The translations under genes and the position numbers were made by a program. A DNA stretch of 64,000 nt from Picochlorum sp. SENEW3 (taxonomy: Eukaryota): the NCBI GenBank assembly GCA_034226945.1, contig CP120461.1:434001-498000 (forward strand), written 5' to 3'. A model generated the notes under the pieces. That model had not been told where the DNA came from, did not search any database, and worked only from the letters and a program-made list of their open reading frames with translations. Each line of letters begins with the position of its first letter. Positions within the stretch are counted from its first letter, which is position 1. Positions 23,732 to 34,813 of this stretch are shown piece by piece.

Positions 23732-25306
23732 TTATGCAAAGGGATTTCCAGTCATGTTGGGTTTGGGAGCATGCTGCGCACTCAGATCGTATGCAGTCAA
23801 GTTCTTCTCTGTCCCAAACAATGTCTTTGTTGCTTTATTATATGTGGGTGCTGCTTGGCGACTCGCTCTTGAGGGTTCTGGATGCATGGCTGGAGGAGCA
23901 ATGACTGTCTGCTCTCTTGGAGGAGCAATGACTGTCTGCTCTCTGCTCTCTGGTCTTGGAGGAGCATGGTGGGTGGCAACAGGAGGCATCGTCTGCTGCG
24001 GTCGCATATGCCATGGCACTGGTGCTCCTGTTGGAAGTATACCAGTCTCTCGTATTTTTGAGAATTCGGGGTAAAAGGCATCGAGTGGGACTTCTGGCCG
24101 AGCTGGTGTGGCAGCATCCGTGTTGCTTCCTGTTGGCTCTTCTTCTCTCTGCTCGTTGGCAGCATCCTTGTTGCTTCCTGTTGGCTCTTCTTCTCTCTGC
24201 TCGTTGGCAGCACCAATGTGGTGGTGAGATATATCCAGCTTTGCTAGCTCTTCTTCTGGTGTGGTGATGGAAGCTTCATTGGAATACGCATCTGGTGCGG
24301 CAGGACTGGGTGCTGGGGTGTCATCTGGAGGAGCAGGGGAAGACAGCTGTTCCATAGCAAACGCTTCCCATTCAACATCAAACGATATGTCATCCTCTTT
24401 TTCTGCCGTATTCTCTACTGAGACTGCGGGCTTTTCACTTGGCTGTAAGACCTCTTCTTCTTCAAGGAATAGTGTATCTGACTGGTCGATAGATGGTGAT
24501 GCAGAAGAGACACCAAACGGATCCCACTCATCTCCAACATGATGATGTTGGTTGTCATGCAGTATAGTTGCAGGCTCTACTTCCTCCTTTATTTTTTCCT
24601 CCTTTATATCGTTCGACTTGGTCTCCTTTGCAGTAGTAGTAGTAGTAGTATCTGTATATGTTTTTTCACCGACCTCCATAGAAATTCGTAAAATAGGAGT
24701 ATCAGAACCCAAGACATCTGCAAGTGGAATGACTGCAATATCACCGCTTTCAGAGGTATCCAATGGGGGTGGCCTTTTGGATGCAGCCACATCTTTATAA
24801 TATTTCTTCGACACATACACATCCTCAATCCAGCGTTTGATACTTTCCGTATTCGATTCGACAGGCCTCATAACGTCATGTGGCATTGTGGCACAAAATG
24901 TTTTCCGGAACACCTCATTCCCTCCTCGTTGCAATAACGCAATCTCATCTCCTGTGAATGTGCACAGAGACACTCCTTTCACTCGATGCCCAAACAATCG
25001 ACTGCAGTACCATGAATGCTCTTGAATAGCAATAACGCACAATGTTGATCTAACAATATATAAAAACGTACTGGACTCCACTGCAACTTGAGCAGACAAA
25101 GACACTAAATTTGCATACTACATACTGAGGACCCTATAATGTATGAAACCCACGTTTTAGTCTCTAGAAAAATAGCAATAGTCATACGAGTAATGCAATT
25201 CACGCACAAATCCACCGCAGTCCACGCAATGCCGATTGCCATCTTCTTTCAAGATTTGACGCAGAGTGCGTTCGTTTTTGGCTTCAATTGCTCTTCGAGA
25301 GGCCAT
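23732..25306 (-). CDS. ArfGAP-domain protein (AGFG1/AGD14-like), 3 exons
   Basis: MASRR...GNRHCVDCG / GPQYVVCKFSVFVCSSCSGV / HRVKGVSLCTFT...GGNE zinc finger; low-complexity tail ending in NPF. Confidence 0.88.
23891..23944. repeat. 27-bp perfect tandem repeat x2 (REQTVIAPP) inside the ArfGAP CDS
   Basis: tggaggagcaatgactgtctgctctct occurs twice. Confidence 0.9.
24111..24212. repeat. 48-bp tandem repeat x2 (AANEQREEEPTGSN[K/T]D) inside the ArfGAP CDS
   Basis: Units start at 24111 and 24159 and differ only in the K/T codon. Confidence 0.9.
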
Positions 25307-25335
25307 AGATACAGGTAGTGTTAAATATTAATGAA

Positions 25336-26827
25336 TTATACTGAGAAATGGTGGAGCCTGTACATCACAACCCTTCCCCTGGCATTGCCAATGGCGAGGT
25401 ACCCACTGGATGGGCTGAAGGCAAGGCTATGGACGTAATGCAGGGGACTCTTTGAGGTTGGCCAGTTGGAGAATGCCGTCATAGTAGGGACATGTATTAG
25501 TCTTAATGCATCCCTCTTCATTCTAGATGCCATGGCGAGCAACTGTCCGTCCGAGTTGAAACACATGGAATCAACAGTTGTGGTGAGATGGGGGAGGGAT
25601 TTGAATGGTGGAATTAGCTCTGGTCCCATGGATGATGTCTGCGATGTGGGGCTGACGTCCTTGTATATATTCACTATACCACTTTTGGATCCTGCTGCTA
25701 TCATTGAATTTCCATTGGCGGCTATAGATGTCGATCCAAGACTTCCCTCATCAACAAACTGCCTGAGACATTGGCGCATTCTCATGTCCCAGATATTGAC
25801 AACACCATCGCCTCCGCTCGTATATAGATACATTCCATTCTGTGAAAATGCTCCTGATCTAACAGTACCGTTCATTTTCAACGTATCTATCAGCTGTCTC
25901 GATGAGACAGATACGAGTGGTAATGTGCCATCTTGTCCAAGAAAGGCTACAGTGTCAGATGCATTGCTGCCAATGAAGGATTCGAAGCTCTTCTCGTGCC
26001 TTCCAAATATTCTCGACACTTTTTCCATCTTGGATGTTTCCAAATCCAGAGAGTAAAAGAAACTTCTCCTTCCCGTGCAAAATACTTTGGAGCCTTCATG
26101 GACAAACTGTGCCTGATGCACTGGCATGTCCTCCAAGAAGATGGACTGGATGTGTGGATTCTTCAAACCATCAATACTGAAAAACCTCACTCGTCGATCC
26201 AAACTAGCAGTCATCAGCAATTGCCCACCTGGGTGGAATTCTACCGAATTGACTGTTGATTGGCAGGGCTGGGCTTTGTTTGCATCTGCAAGTTTCGTTA
26301 TTTCCAACTGCCCAGGGGGAATCCTCCCTGTTCCAGCCGAGGCCAACAGTCCACCGACACGCGCTGTCAAAGAATCTTCTACATTTTTATCAGACTCTTT
26401 CTTCAACGCACGCACCCATGAAGACGACGCATTCAACTTTTCATGTTGTTCACGAAGCCTCTTTTCAAACTCCTTCCCAGAAATCTCCCCATCTTCTTTC
26501 GATTTTCGAAGCTTCCTCAGCCTTGAGGACGCTGCTATATCCACCTGAATATCATCATCGTCTGAATCATGCCATACTGACGGTACCGTGTGAGTATCTG
26601 CCTCAGCTGGTTCTTCTACTGTCTCTGGTGCTGCTACGTCTTCCTCCTCTTCTATGGCAGAACCACCAAACAACTTGGCTTCAAGTTCATTCACCTATAT
26701 AATATATAAATCATTCATCTATTACAAAATGCACGATACTTGGGCTGCTCAGGTAAAAATTACAGCGCACCTCTGCAGCATGCTCCAGTCCCGCATCTGC
26801 CCTCTTCCTCTTATCAATCGTGGGCAT
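25336..26827 (-). CDS. UTP18: U3 snoRNA-associated WD40 protein 18 (2 exons)
   Basis: WHDSDD...RLRKLR...FEKRLREQH, WD40 repeats, FSNWPT...FSPSSGYLAIGNARG. Confidence 0.93.
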
Positions 26828-27010
26828 GGTCGCTTTAATTTTCAATTTAATTACATATGCATTATTCTACGAATGCATGCATACCTGTACTGTAGGGATT
26901 GTGGATTTCTGGTTTTAATATTCTAAATATGGAATTGTACGGTTTCTCTCAGAGAAGAGAGCTGCATTTTGACTTGTACATCATCAACTATATTTCAAAA
27001 TATTGCCATA

Positions 27011-30000
27011 ATGGCGTATATCAAAAGATCCTGGGTAGCATTGGCCCTAGTTCTGATTTGGGTTGCGGAGTGTCTCTCCAAAACAACGACAACCGACACT
27101 TCACTGCACCCATTGTCACGAAATACTGAATCAGGGTCACCATCCTCAGTCTTACGAGTGCATATTGTCCCTCATACACATGATGACTCGGGTTGGCTGA
27201 AGACATTCGAGCAATATTATTGGGGTTCGAAACAGTACATTCAATCTGCAGGTGTACAGTACATTTTGGACTCTGTGGTGGATTGTTTGTTAAAGGATGA
27301 GCGTCGACGGTTTACATATGCTGAAATGTCTTTCTTTATGACGTGGTGGAGGCAGCAGGATGAGGATACAAGGGATGCAGTGCGAGATTTGGTGAAGCAA
27401 GGTAGACTGGATTTTGTGAATGGGGGATATGTTCAGCATGATGAAGCAGCGTCGCATTACGTTGGAATGCTGGATCAGACTACTCGAGGACATAGATTTT
27501 TGAAAGAGACGTTTGGATTTGAGCCCAAGATTGGGTGGCAGATCGATCCATTTGGGCATTCCAGCACGCAAGCTGGTCTGTTTGGGTCGGAACTAGGATT
27601 TGATGGCATGTTTTTTGGTCGGGCAGATTTCGAAGATATGAATATTAGGAAGAAGAACAAAGAGTTGGAGTTTGTGTGGAAGGGTTCTGGTGGGGGTCCA
27701 AAGGATTGCGATCACGACGACGATGATGATGGAATTTTTGTTGGCAACTTTGCATCAGGCAATTATGGACCCCCTGCAGGATTCAACTTTGAATTCAGTA
27801 TATCCGACCCTCCAATACAGGATGATTCTACCATGGATTCGTACAATGTACCTGAGAAGGTTTTGGAGTTCATTAGTCGATGTGAAGAGTTGGCAGCAGT
27901 CACCTCTGGTGACGACATCATGTTCACAATGGGAAGTGACTTTCACTACTCTGCAGCGCATGCTTGGTTTAAGAATTTGGACAAATTGATCTATTATGTG
28001 AATGAATATTCCAAGAAGAATTCATCGAGGAAGATTTCGGTATTTTATTCGACGCCGCATGAATACCTCACAGCCAAGCATGAATACAAACAAGCCTGGC
28101 CAACAAAAGTTGATGACTTTTTCCCATATAGTGATGCACGGGAAGCATTCTGGACAGGGTATTTTACGAGTAGATCAGCTAGCAAGAGATATATAAGGCA
28201 AGCAACATCGTTTTTGCAAGCTGCACGGCAGCTTGAGATTTTCAATGTGTTTTCACAGAGGGGTGATGAGTCTCGGTTGGAAAAGGAGACAGATGCTCTG
28301 GAGGAGGCAATATCCCTGTGCCAGCATCATGACAGTATTACAGGAACAGAAAAGCAGCATGTCGCTTCTGATTATCATGTGAGAATTCATAAAGGCATGC
28401 AGAAGGCCCAGCAGGTTGTCGCTCAAACTCTCAAAGGACTTGTACATAGAGAGTCAGGGCAGAATGCCATGAATTTCGAGTTTTGTGACCTTCTAAATAG
28501 CAGTATATGCCCTCAGACTGTCGAATATTCTTCATCAGATGACGGAAAATTCTTTGTCACGGTATACAATTCATTGTCCTCGAAAAGACAGGTGCCAGTT
28601 TTTATTCCCATATCCTTGGATGCACATGATTCTTGGGAAGCCATTGGTCCTGATGGATCTAATATACCAGTCGATGTATTGCCACTTTCAAAGGCAACAG
28701 AAATGTTGCAGAAATACCATTATGGAAGGTCATACAAACATCAGGCCGTCGCAGATGCTGAGGTCGTGTTCACGGCCTCCGTCCCTCCCTTGGGCTTTTC
28801 ATTGTATCTCATACAGCCAAGCACGGCGCAAAACACCGCAAAAGAGGCATCGAATGAGAACTTTTCCATATCGAATGATTTGCTATCAGTTATATTTGAT
28901 GCGAAAACAGGGTATGTGAAGAAAATCAAAGAGCATGGATCTGAATCCATCCCATTCTTCTGTACTCTGTCATGGTACAATTCAAGTGATGGTTTAGACT
29001 CTCAGGTAAATCGTGGCCAAGGCAGTGGGGCATATATCTTCAGACCAAATGGAAAGTTTCCTGTGAATGGAGAGAAACCCGTTGATCTAGAAATCATCCA
29101 TGGCGAACAAGTGAGTGAAGCTCGGCAAATATACTCCCCATGGGCAGCTGTGACATTGAGGCTGTACAAGGGAAGAAGAGAATTAGAAGTCGAATGGACA
29201 ATCGGCCCTTTGCCCGATGATTCGATCGGGAGAGAAGTAGTCATAGCATATAGTTCCCCAACAATTAAATCAAATGGAGAATTTTGGACTGATGCCAATG
29301 GAAGGTCCATGATCCGAAGGGTTTTGGGTCAGCGCATTGCATGGAAATCAGAGTACTTGGAGAAGAGCATTGCTGGCAATTACTACCCAGTCACTTCGGC
29401 CGCATATATCACCGATGGTTCATCAAATACTATGTCTGTCATAACAGATCGATCCCAAGGAGCATCCTCATTGCAAGACGGTGAGCTCGAGTTCATGCTG
29501 CATAGGAGAACAATTGTCGATGACAAGCGTGGAGTGAATGAACCTCTTAACGAAATGCATTGCCCTGATTCCGCTGATGAGACATGTGTTGGATTGGTAG
29601 TTCGAGGGAAACATTGGATACATCACAGTCCTGTCGCCTCTGCTGCTGCTGAGAGAAGAATCTTACAGCAGGAGATGAATGATGAACCAGTCATAGCAAT
29701 ATCAAAAGATGATGGGACTCATCTCATGACAGACATGACCAGATCTTTTTCATTCATGCCACACTCTATTGGAATAAACTTCCCCCTTCATATTCTTACG
29801 TTGATGTGGGCACCTCCAGTTGAGAGGAATAGCGAGGACAAGAAGAGAACCATTATCCTCAGGTTGGCTCACAGCATGGATGTTCCCGAAGGTGGAGTAA
29901 CAGAAGTTGTGGACGCATCTCAGTTGGCTCAACTGGTTCAAAACATGGGATGTGATATGAAAGATACACTTGAAGTATCGCTATCAACGAATCAGCCCAG

Positions 30001-30208
30001 AGATGATATGAAACGTCTAGTATTCAAATCAGGAGAAACCCTTGGACAGAATGCAACATGCTCACATGCATTTGGTCAACCCCTTAATCATCACCAGGGC
30101 TCCAGAACGCGGATTCGTCAAATCAATCAAGGACTTGACAAGGAAGATCAGGATCTACATGTCCATCCAATGCAAATCAGAACCTTTGAAGTGTATTGTC
30201 ATGATTGA
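27011..30208 (+). CDS. GH38 alpha-mannosidase (vacuolar/lysosomal type)
   Basis: Signal peptide; VHIVPHTHDDSGWLKT, GWQIDPFGHS, FWTGYFTSR, QHHDSITGT, PMQIRTF. Confidence 0.95.
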   Translation: MAYIKRSWVALALVLIWVAECLSKTTTTDTSLHPLSRNTESGSPSSVLRVHIVPHTHDDSGWLKTFEQYYWGSKQYIQSAGVQYILDSVVDCLLKDERRRFTYAEMSFFMTWWRQQDEDTRDAVRDLVKQGRLDFVNGGYVQHDEAASHYVGMLDQTTRGHRFLKETFGFEPKIGWQIDPFGHSSTQAGLFGSELGFDGMFFGRADFEDMNIRKKNKELEFVWKGSGGGPKDCDHDDDDDGIFVGNFASGNYGPPAGFNFEFSISDPPIQDDSTMDSYNVPEKVLEFISRCEELAAVTSGDDIMFTMGSDFHYSAAHAWFKNLDKLIYYVNEYSKKNSSRKISVFYSTPHEYLTAKHEYKQAWPTKVDDFFPYSDAREAFWTGYFTSRSASKRYIRQATSFLQAARQLEIFNVFSQRGDESRLEKETDALEEAISLCQHHDSITGTEKQHVASDYHVRIHKGMQKAQQVVAQTLKGLVHRESGQNAMNFEFCDLLNSSICPQTVEYSSSDDGKFFVTVYNSLSSKRQVPVFIPISLDAHDSWEAIGPDGSNIPVDVLPLSKATEMLQKYHYGRSYKHQAVADAEVVFTASVPPLGFSLYLIQPSTAQNTAKEASNENFSISNDLLSVIFDAKTGYVKKIKEHGSESIPFFCTLSWYNSSDGLDSQVNRGQGSGAYIFRPNGKFPVNGEKPVDLEIIHGEQVSEARQIYSPWAAVTLRLYKGRRELEVEWTIGPLPDDSIGREVVIAYSSPTIKSNGEFWTDANGRSMIRRVLGQRIAWKSEYLEKSIAGNYYPVTSAAYITDGSSNTMSVITDRSQGASSLQDGELEFMLHRRTIVDDKRGVNEPLNEMHCPDSADETCVGLVVRGKHWIHHSPVASAAAERRILQQEMNDEPVIAISKDDGTHLMTDMTRSFSFMPHSIGINFPLHILTLMWAPPVERNSEDKKRTIILRLAHSMDVPEGGVTEVVDASQLAQLVQNMGCDMKDTLEVSLSTNQPRDDMKRLVFKSGETLGQNATCSHAFGQPLNHHQGSRTRIRQINQGLDKEDQDLHVHPMQIRTFEVYCHD

Positions 30209-30453
30209 TTCCAAAATTCCAAGGAATCTTTTTTATTACAGCACTTGGGTTTCCACGTTTCATGATTGTAGCGGATAACCAATTGCCATACACACCTCGT
30301 TCCTACTTTAAATTGTAATAGAAATAAATACAGGGGCACCGGAGAGGATTAATATCTCTGAGACAACACCCTTGTTCTTTCACGCAGCATTGAGTCGAGG
30401 AGACACCCGTATCGCTAGAATAGTGCATTGCCTGTTGGATAATCCAATCCAAG

Positions 30454-30862
30454 ATGACTATGCGTTCCTTATTTCAGTCAACAACCTCAGAGCTGACTCC
30501 TGAGGCAACAGCTGGGTTCATTTTAGGTTTTGTAGGTGGGTCATGGACCGTCGAGTAGGGTAATTCCTCAGGGCATGTCAAAATTGCTCAGACAATAGCC
30601 CATTGTAGTATATAGTTGATGATGTTGTGACATTTTGTATTTTCATCATGCAGTTGTTGGTTTTGCAATTGCGGTCATGTCAGCATACATGGTTTTCCTG
30701 ACTGGAAAAGTGAAACTATTGAACAATCAGCTGTATCATGTACGTCGTAGTTGATGAATTGATCTATACAGTATATATATGTAGGAAGATCACCCTATTA
30801 TTCTGTTGATGCAGTTGGAGAGGCATCCAAAGTTGCAAAAGACTGAGGCTGACCTTGAGTGA
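30454..30862 (+). CDS. 71-aa single-pass membrane microprotein (exons 30454-30535, 30654-30739, 30815-30862)
   Basis: Two canonical introns (GTGGGT..GCAG, GTACGT..GCAG) give MTMRSLFQSTTSELTPEATAGFILGFVVVGFAIAVMSAYMVFLTGKVKLLNNQLYHLERHPKLQKTEADLE*. TGTAA lies downstream at ~30934. Confidence 0.65.
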
Positions 30863-30995
30863 TGCTGGCCATTTTTGAGTCTTCTATGGCAAGAAAAAAT
30901 TAGTTACACCGTGTATTATAGATAATAATGCTATGTAATAATAATACTCAAAATTGATTTCTCACCATACGACGGGAAGCTATGAATCGACAGTA

Positions 30996-32546
30996 TCAAT
31001 ACAAGGAGAATAGATTTGCAAGCACACCCTTTCCCGTCACAGCCTCAATCAACAGAATAGTAATAATGCTTATCATGGCGATGCGACCATTCCACGTTTC
31101 AGCGGATCTAGTCCATCCCCAACGCCACATCCAGACCGGGGGAGGCAGAACTTTTCTATCCCTATCGTATGTCTCTAACAAGGCATCAACCTCTCCTAAT
31201 GGCACAAGGGAATCTGAACCTGCAGATGATGAGAATGAACGCACAGGTGCAATATATGGCAGTGCTTCAATCACGGCATCAGCCAAATCATCGATGAACT
31301 TTTTATTTGTATTCAATGCTGGAACTCTGCCCCAGTTCTTAATGCCTTCTTCTTCTGCCAATTCTCGATATTCCATATCTATTTCTTCTAGTGTTTCAAT
31401 ATGCTCTGACACAAAACTAATTGGGACAGCCAGCAGACTCCTCACACCTTTTTGTGCCAGGTATCGAATAGAGTCATCCGTGTATGGCTTCAGCCATTCC
31501 ACCGGACCCACCCTACTCTGATACGCAAGCGTATGTGAATTCTTCACCCCTCGTTGCTTCAACTCCTCCATGATCAATTCCACACAGGCCTCCATCTCCT
31601 CCTTATAGGGATCCCCTTCATCAACATAACTTTGAGGCACGCCATGAGCAGAGAAGAAAATTTCCACGCTTTTCTTATCTTTGAATGTCTCTTCTTTATT
31701 CAGCTCCCCTTCAATCAAGTCGGCCATAGCTGCCACATACCCAGGTCGCTGGTACCATGAAGGAATCACCACATGCTTCACATTTGTACTCAAATATGTA
31801 TCTTCCTTCAATAATCTCTCCAACAATCTCAGACTAGAGCCACTTGTGGACACTGAAAACTGTGGATACAACGGTAACACCACCAAGCTCGTAATTCCAT
31901 CCTCCTTAATCTCAGCTATAGCATCTTCCGTGAATGGATTCCAATACCTCATAGCTACATATGTCTTTGCATTGAATCCCTTCTGTACCAAAGAGTCTTT
32001 CAGGGCATCAGCCTGTTCCTCAGTAATCTGCCGCAGTGGAGAACCCCCTCCAATGGACTCATAGCCTTCCTTTGACTTGGGACTCCTAAACATACTAATC
32101 AAACTAGCAATCACTGGCTGGACAAACCTCAAAGATGGAGGCAACCGAATGATGTCCGGATCAGCGAATAGATTATATAAAAATGGCTGCACATCCTCCA
32201 GCTTTTCTGGACCTCCCAAATTCAGCAGCAACACCCCCATGGTACCCTCATTGTGACCAGCGCTGCCATCATCATTTCCAGAATTATCAAAACTATTGCT
32301 CAGAGAATCAGAATTGATATCGCTCGTTGAAACTGCAGCAACGCGGGACAATTCCCTCCGACCCTGAACAAATGCGTTGCCCACACAAACATTCTTGTTT
32401 GGCACCATACATCGTTGTATACATTTATTTTTATAAATGTATCTATTTCCAATTGTGAAATGCCGTGCTTGCCCGAGTGATAGGTCCACACGCTCCCTCA
32501 CACGACTACCACGCACTCGTTGGTATCCTGTAGAATACACCGCCAT
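30996..32546 (-). CDS. hemH: Plastid ferrochelatase with C-terminal CAB motif
   Basis: [64 protein letters not shown] motif [10 protein letters not shown]. Confidence 0.96.
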   Translation of the reverse strand: MAVYSTGYQRVRGSRVRERVDLSLGQARHFTIGNRYIYKNKCIQRCMVPNKNVCVGNAFVQGRRELSRVAAVSTSDINSDSLSNSFDNSGNDDGSAGHNEGTMGVLLLNLGGPEKLEDVQPFLYNLFADPDIIRLPPSLRFVQPVIASLISMFRSPKSKEGYESIGGGSPLRQITEEQADALKDSLVQKGFNAKTYVAMRYWNPFTEDAIAEIKEDGITSLVVLPLYPQFSVSTSGSSLRLLERLLKEDTYLSTNVKHVVIPSWYQRPGYVAAMADLIEGELNKEETFKDKKSVEIFFSAHGVPQSYVDEGDPYKEEMEACVELIMEELKQRGVKNSHTLAYQSRVGPVEWLKPYTDDSIRYLAQKGVRSLLAVPISFVSEHIETLEEIDMEYRELAEEEGIKNWGRVPALNTNKKFIDDLADAVIEALPYIAPVRSFSSSAGSDSLVPLGEVDALLETYDRDRKVLPPPVWMWRWGWTRSAETWNGRIAMISIITILLIEAVTGKGVLANLFSLY

Positions 32547-32792
32547 CCCTTTCTATGTGTATAACAATCGAATTATATTCATTTGATTAAGCCACATTGG
32601 TGTATAGCGACCTACATCTATCTCTGGTCATGCCTCGTGTTGCTGTGGTTGACAGTGTCCCATCAACATGAATAGTTGATCGGACACGCAGTAGGGTGCC
32701 AAGGTTTCATGACCCAAAACCATGAGACTTTTCATTTTGGAATCTTTGTTCATGAACCCTATATAGTAATGTTTTAATTTGAATTTGGGATC

Positions 32793-33293
32793 ATGAAGGC
32801 GAGAATTGGGCGTCATGTGTCCTGCTCAGGTATAGAAAGGACGATACAGGCAACTGCTCTTCAGCGTCTTGGGCGTGAACCAAGGGCGATATCGCCTCGT
32901 CAAAGACAGTATCATGCAAGAGTATCACCGTCAGAGTCTTATCAAGAGCGAGAATGTGACCCCACGACGGTAATCTCCTTGCAGCAGGGATCCACCTCCA
33001 TCAGCATCCCATTGTCTCTTGATCAATTGCAGTCTGCCAAGGATGCTGTGAGGAAGATCATCGGTATATTGAGTGAGAAACAGACTGATATGAGACCTAG
33101 GAAATGGGAGTCTGTGGACGTCACACTGCAGAGCAATGAGGGTGTGAGTATGAATCTGTTTTGTAATCCAAATGCATGCATGAATGCATTTGATGCTCGC
33201 GTGCTCTTGACCGTGGAGGATGCCACAAGTGGGATCAAGGTGACGATGACAGACATTGGTCTGCAAGAATTCCAAAATGCTCTGTCAGAGTGA
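32793..33293 (+). CDS. Plastid-targeted hypothetical protein resembling a conserved cyanobacterial protein
   Basis: Transit-peptide-like N-terminus. LFCNPNACMNAFDARVLLTVED recalls cyanobacterial VFCNPNIWPTPFAAKVLITVRD (from memory). Confidence 0.7.
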   Translation: MKARIGRHVSCSGIERTIQATALQRLGREPRAISPRQRQYHARVSPSESYQERECDPTTVISLQQGSTSISIPLSLDQLQSAKDAVRKIIGILSEKQTDMRPRKWESVDVTLQSNEGVSMNLFCNPNACMNAFDARVLLTVEDATSGIKVTMTDIGLQEFQNALSE

Positions 33294-33516
33294 GAATGAT
33301 CATGACCTTGGTTGGTATCCCATGTTCGTTTCTTCAGAGATGGCTTGTTCGGTCGACCGTATTGCCTCATGGGCAGTGACCAGCCACTTTCGCCATCGTG
33401 TGCGATACGCGTGTATCACATCATTGGTGATCAGATTGCCATCAGCGCGCATTCATAACGAGGCGCATACTGCCTCGGGCATGCCAAAATAGATAAAATT
33501 TGATTAGGAAATAATA

Positions 33517-34468
33517 ATGTATCAGGTAATAGCGTCATCCACTGTTTGCTGCTCCTTGAACAGGGGCAGTGTAAGAGCGGCTGCACTTTCCCTTCCTCAG
33601 AAGCAGAGAAGAGCAGCACAGGTTGTCAAAGCCATGGCGACTTCTGAGGACTCTAGCAGTAGTAAAGATAGTGCTAAAAGTTCGGGAGTGGAGAAGATCT
33701 ATGTCGGAAAGGGGAGATATATTGAGGATGTACCAGATAAATACCCGGATAGAAATGCTCTGACTGGGGGCTTTGCTGGTGGCGAGGTGCGATTGGATGT
33801 TTCTTTGGTTTCTCCGATGTATCTTTAGATGATTTAATGATCCAATTATACAGGTTGGATTGAAACAATTCGTGGCGTCAAACCCGGGTGATCTTGGGAA
33901 GGAGGGATCCAAGGAAGAGGCTTCTTCTTCCTCAAACAAGAGCAGTAAGGACGGTATCTACGTGGGCAAGGGTAAATTTGTCAAAGATGATCCAAAATCT
34001 AATGAGAGGCTTGTTATGAAACGGTCTGGCCGCGATAGTCCTCTTGTGGGAGGATTTGCTGGAGGAGAGGTGGGGTTGACAGAGTTTGTAGAGACTGGAG
34101 AAGTTCCATTTGATGAGGAAGGAATTGGTCGTCGTCAGCAGAGTCCATTGATTATAGCTGGTATAGTGAGTGTTGCAGCTGTGACCGGCGGAATTTTGTT
34201 GACAGATGTGTCGGATTTTGGTGAGCAGGTCATTAGTGGGTCAACCAAGGTGAGCCCAGCAGCATTGTCTGGACTGGATGAGAACACAAAATTGTTGTTG
34301 GAAGCTGGTGTTCTCATGATGGGAGTGGTCGCGTCCATCATCGGTGGTAGGGCTTTGCTAGGATCTCTGCAGAGCAGTATCAAGGAAGGTGCAACACGCT
34401 TTGCAGTTCTTGCCGTCTTCTGGATGATTGTCTTCATCGCTGCTCGATTTGTTCTGGACAGTCCTTGA
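33517..34468 (+). CDS. Plastid membrane protein with duplicated IYVGKG...GGFAGGEVGL motif (exons 33517-33786, 33854-34468)
   Basis: Transit peptide ending QVVKA; two motif copies; three C-terminal hydrophobic helices. Confidence 0.75.
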
Positions 34469-34540
34469 TAATACGTATTAGTAATGTAATATTGATTGAG
34501 TGATATTTCTAGGAATTACTACTACATTACTATATATATA

Positions 34541-34617
34541 CTGTACTCGACTAAATTATTAGGACGATTTAAGGGTGCGTGTCATGACACTTTGTCTAAT
34601 AATTTAGTCGAGTACAG
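34541..34617. mobile_element. 77-bp MITE-like element, 22-bp perfect terminal inverted repeats, TA flanks
   Basis: TA|CTGTACTCGACTAAATTATTAG...CTAATAATTTAGTCGAGTACAG|TA, with internal palindrome GTGTCATGACAC. Confidence 0.6.
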
Positions 34618-34813
34618 TAGTAATGCCAGTCGATCCAGCAATCAGTCTACACTGCTTTAGTGCAAAGGAATTTCAAGAATCCTGTGAATTCGAACAGGTG
34701 CCAAAGAAACCCAGAATGCTTACAAATTCATACTAAGGATGGTGAATATATACATACATGTGAGCCGCAGAAGTCTTTTCAAAACTAGTCCACTGAATGA
34801 GAACAACTCGTTA

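Noticed and set aside
30331..30400. TPP riboswitch-like 5' half (AGGGG...CTGAGA...ACCCTT)
   Set aside because: The 3' half (GAACCTGAT...AATGC...GCG.AGG) is absent and the downstream gene has no thiamine link.
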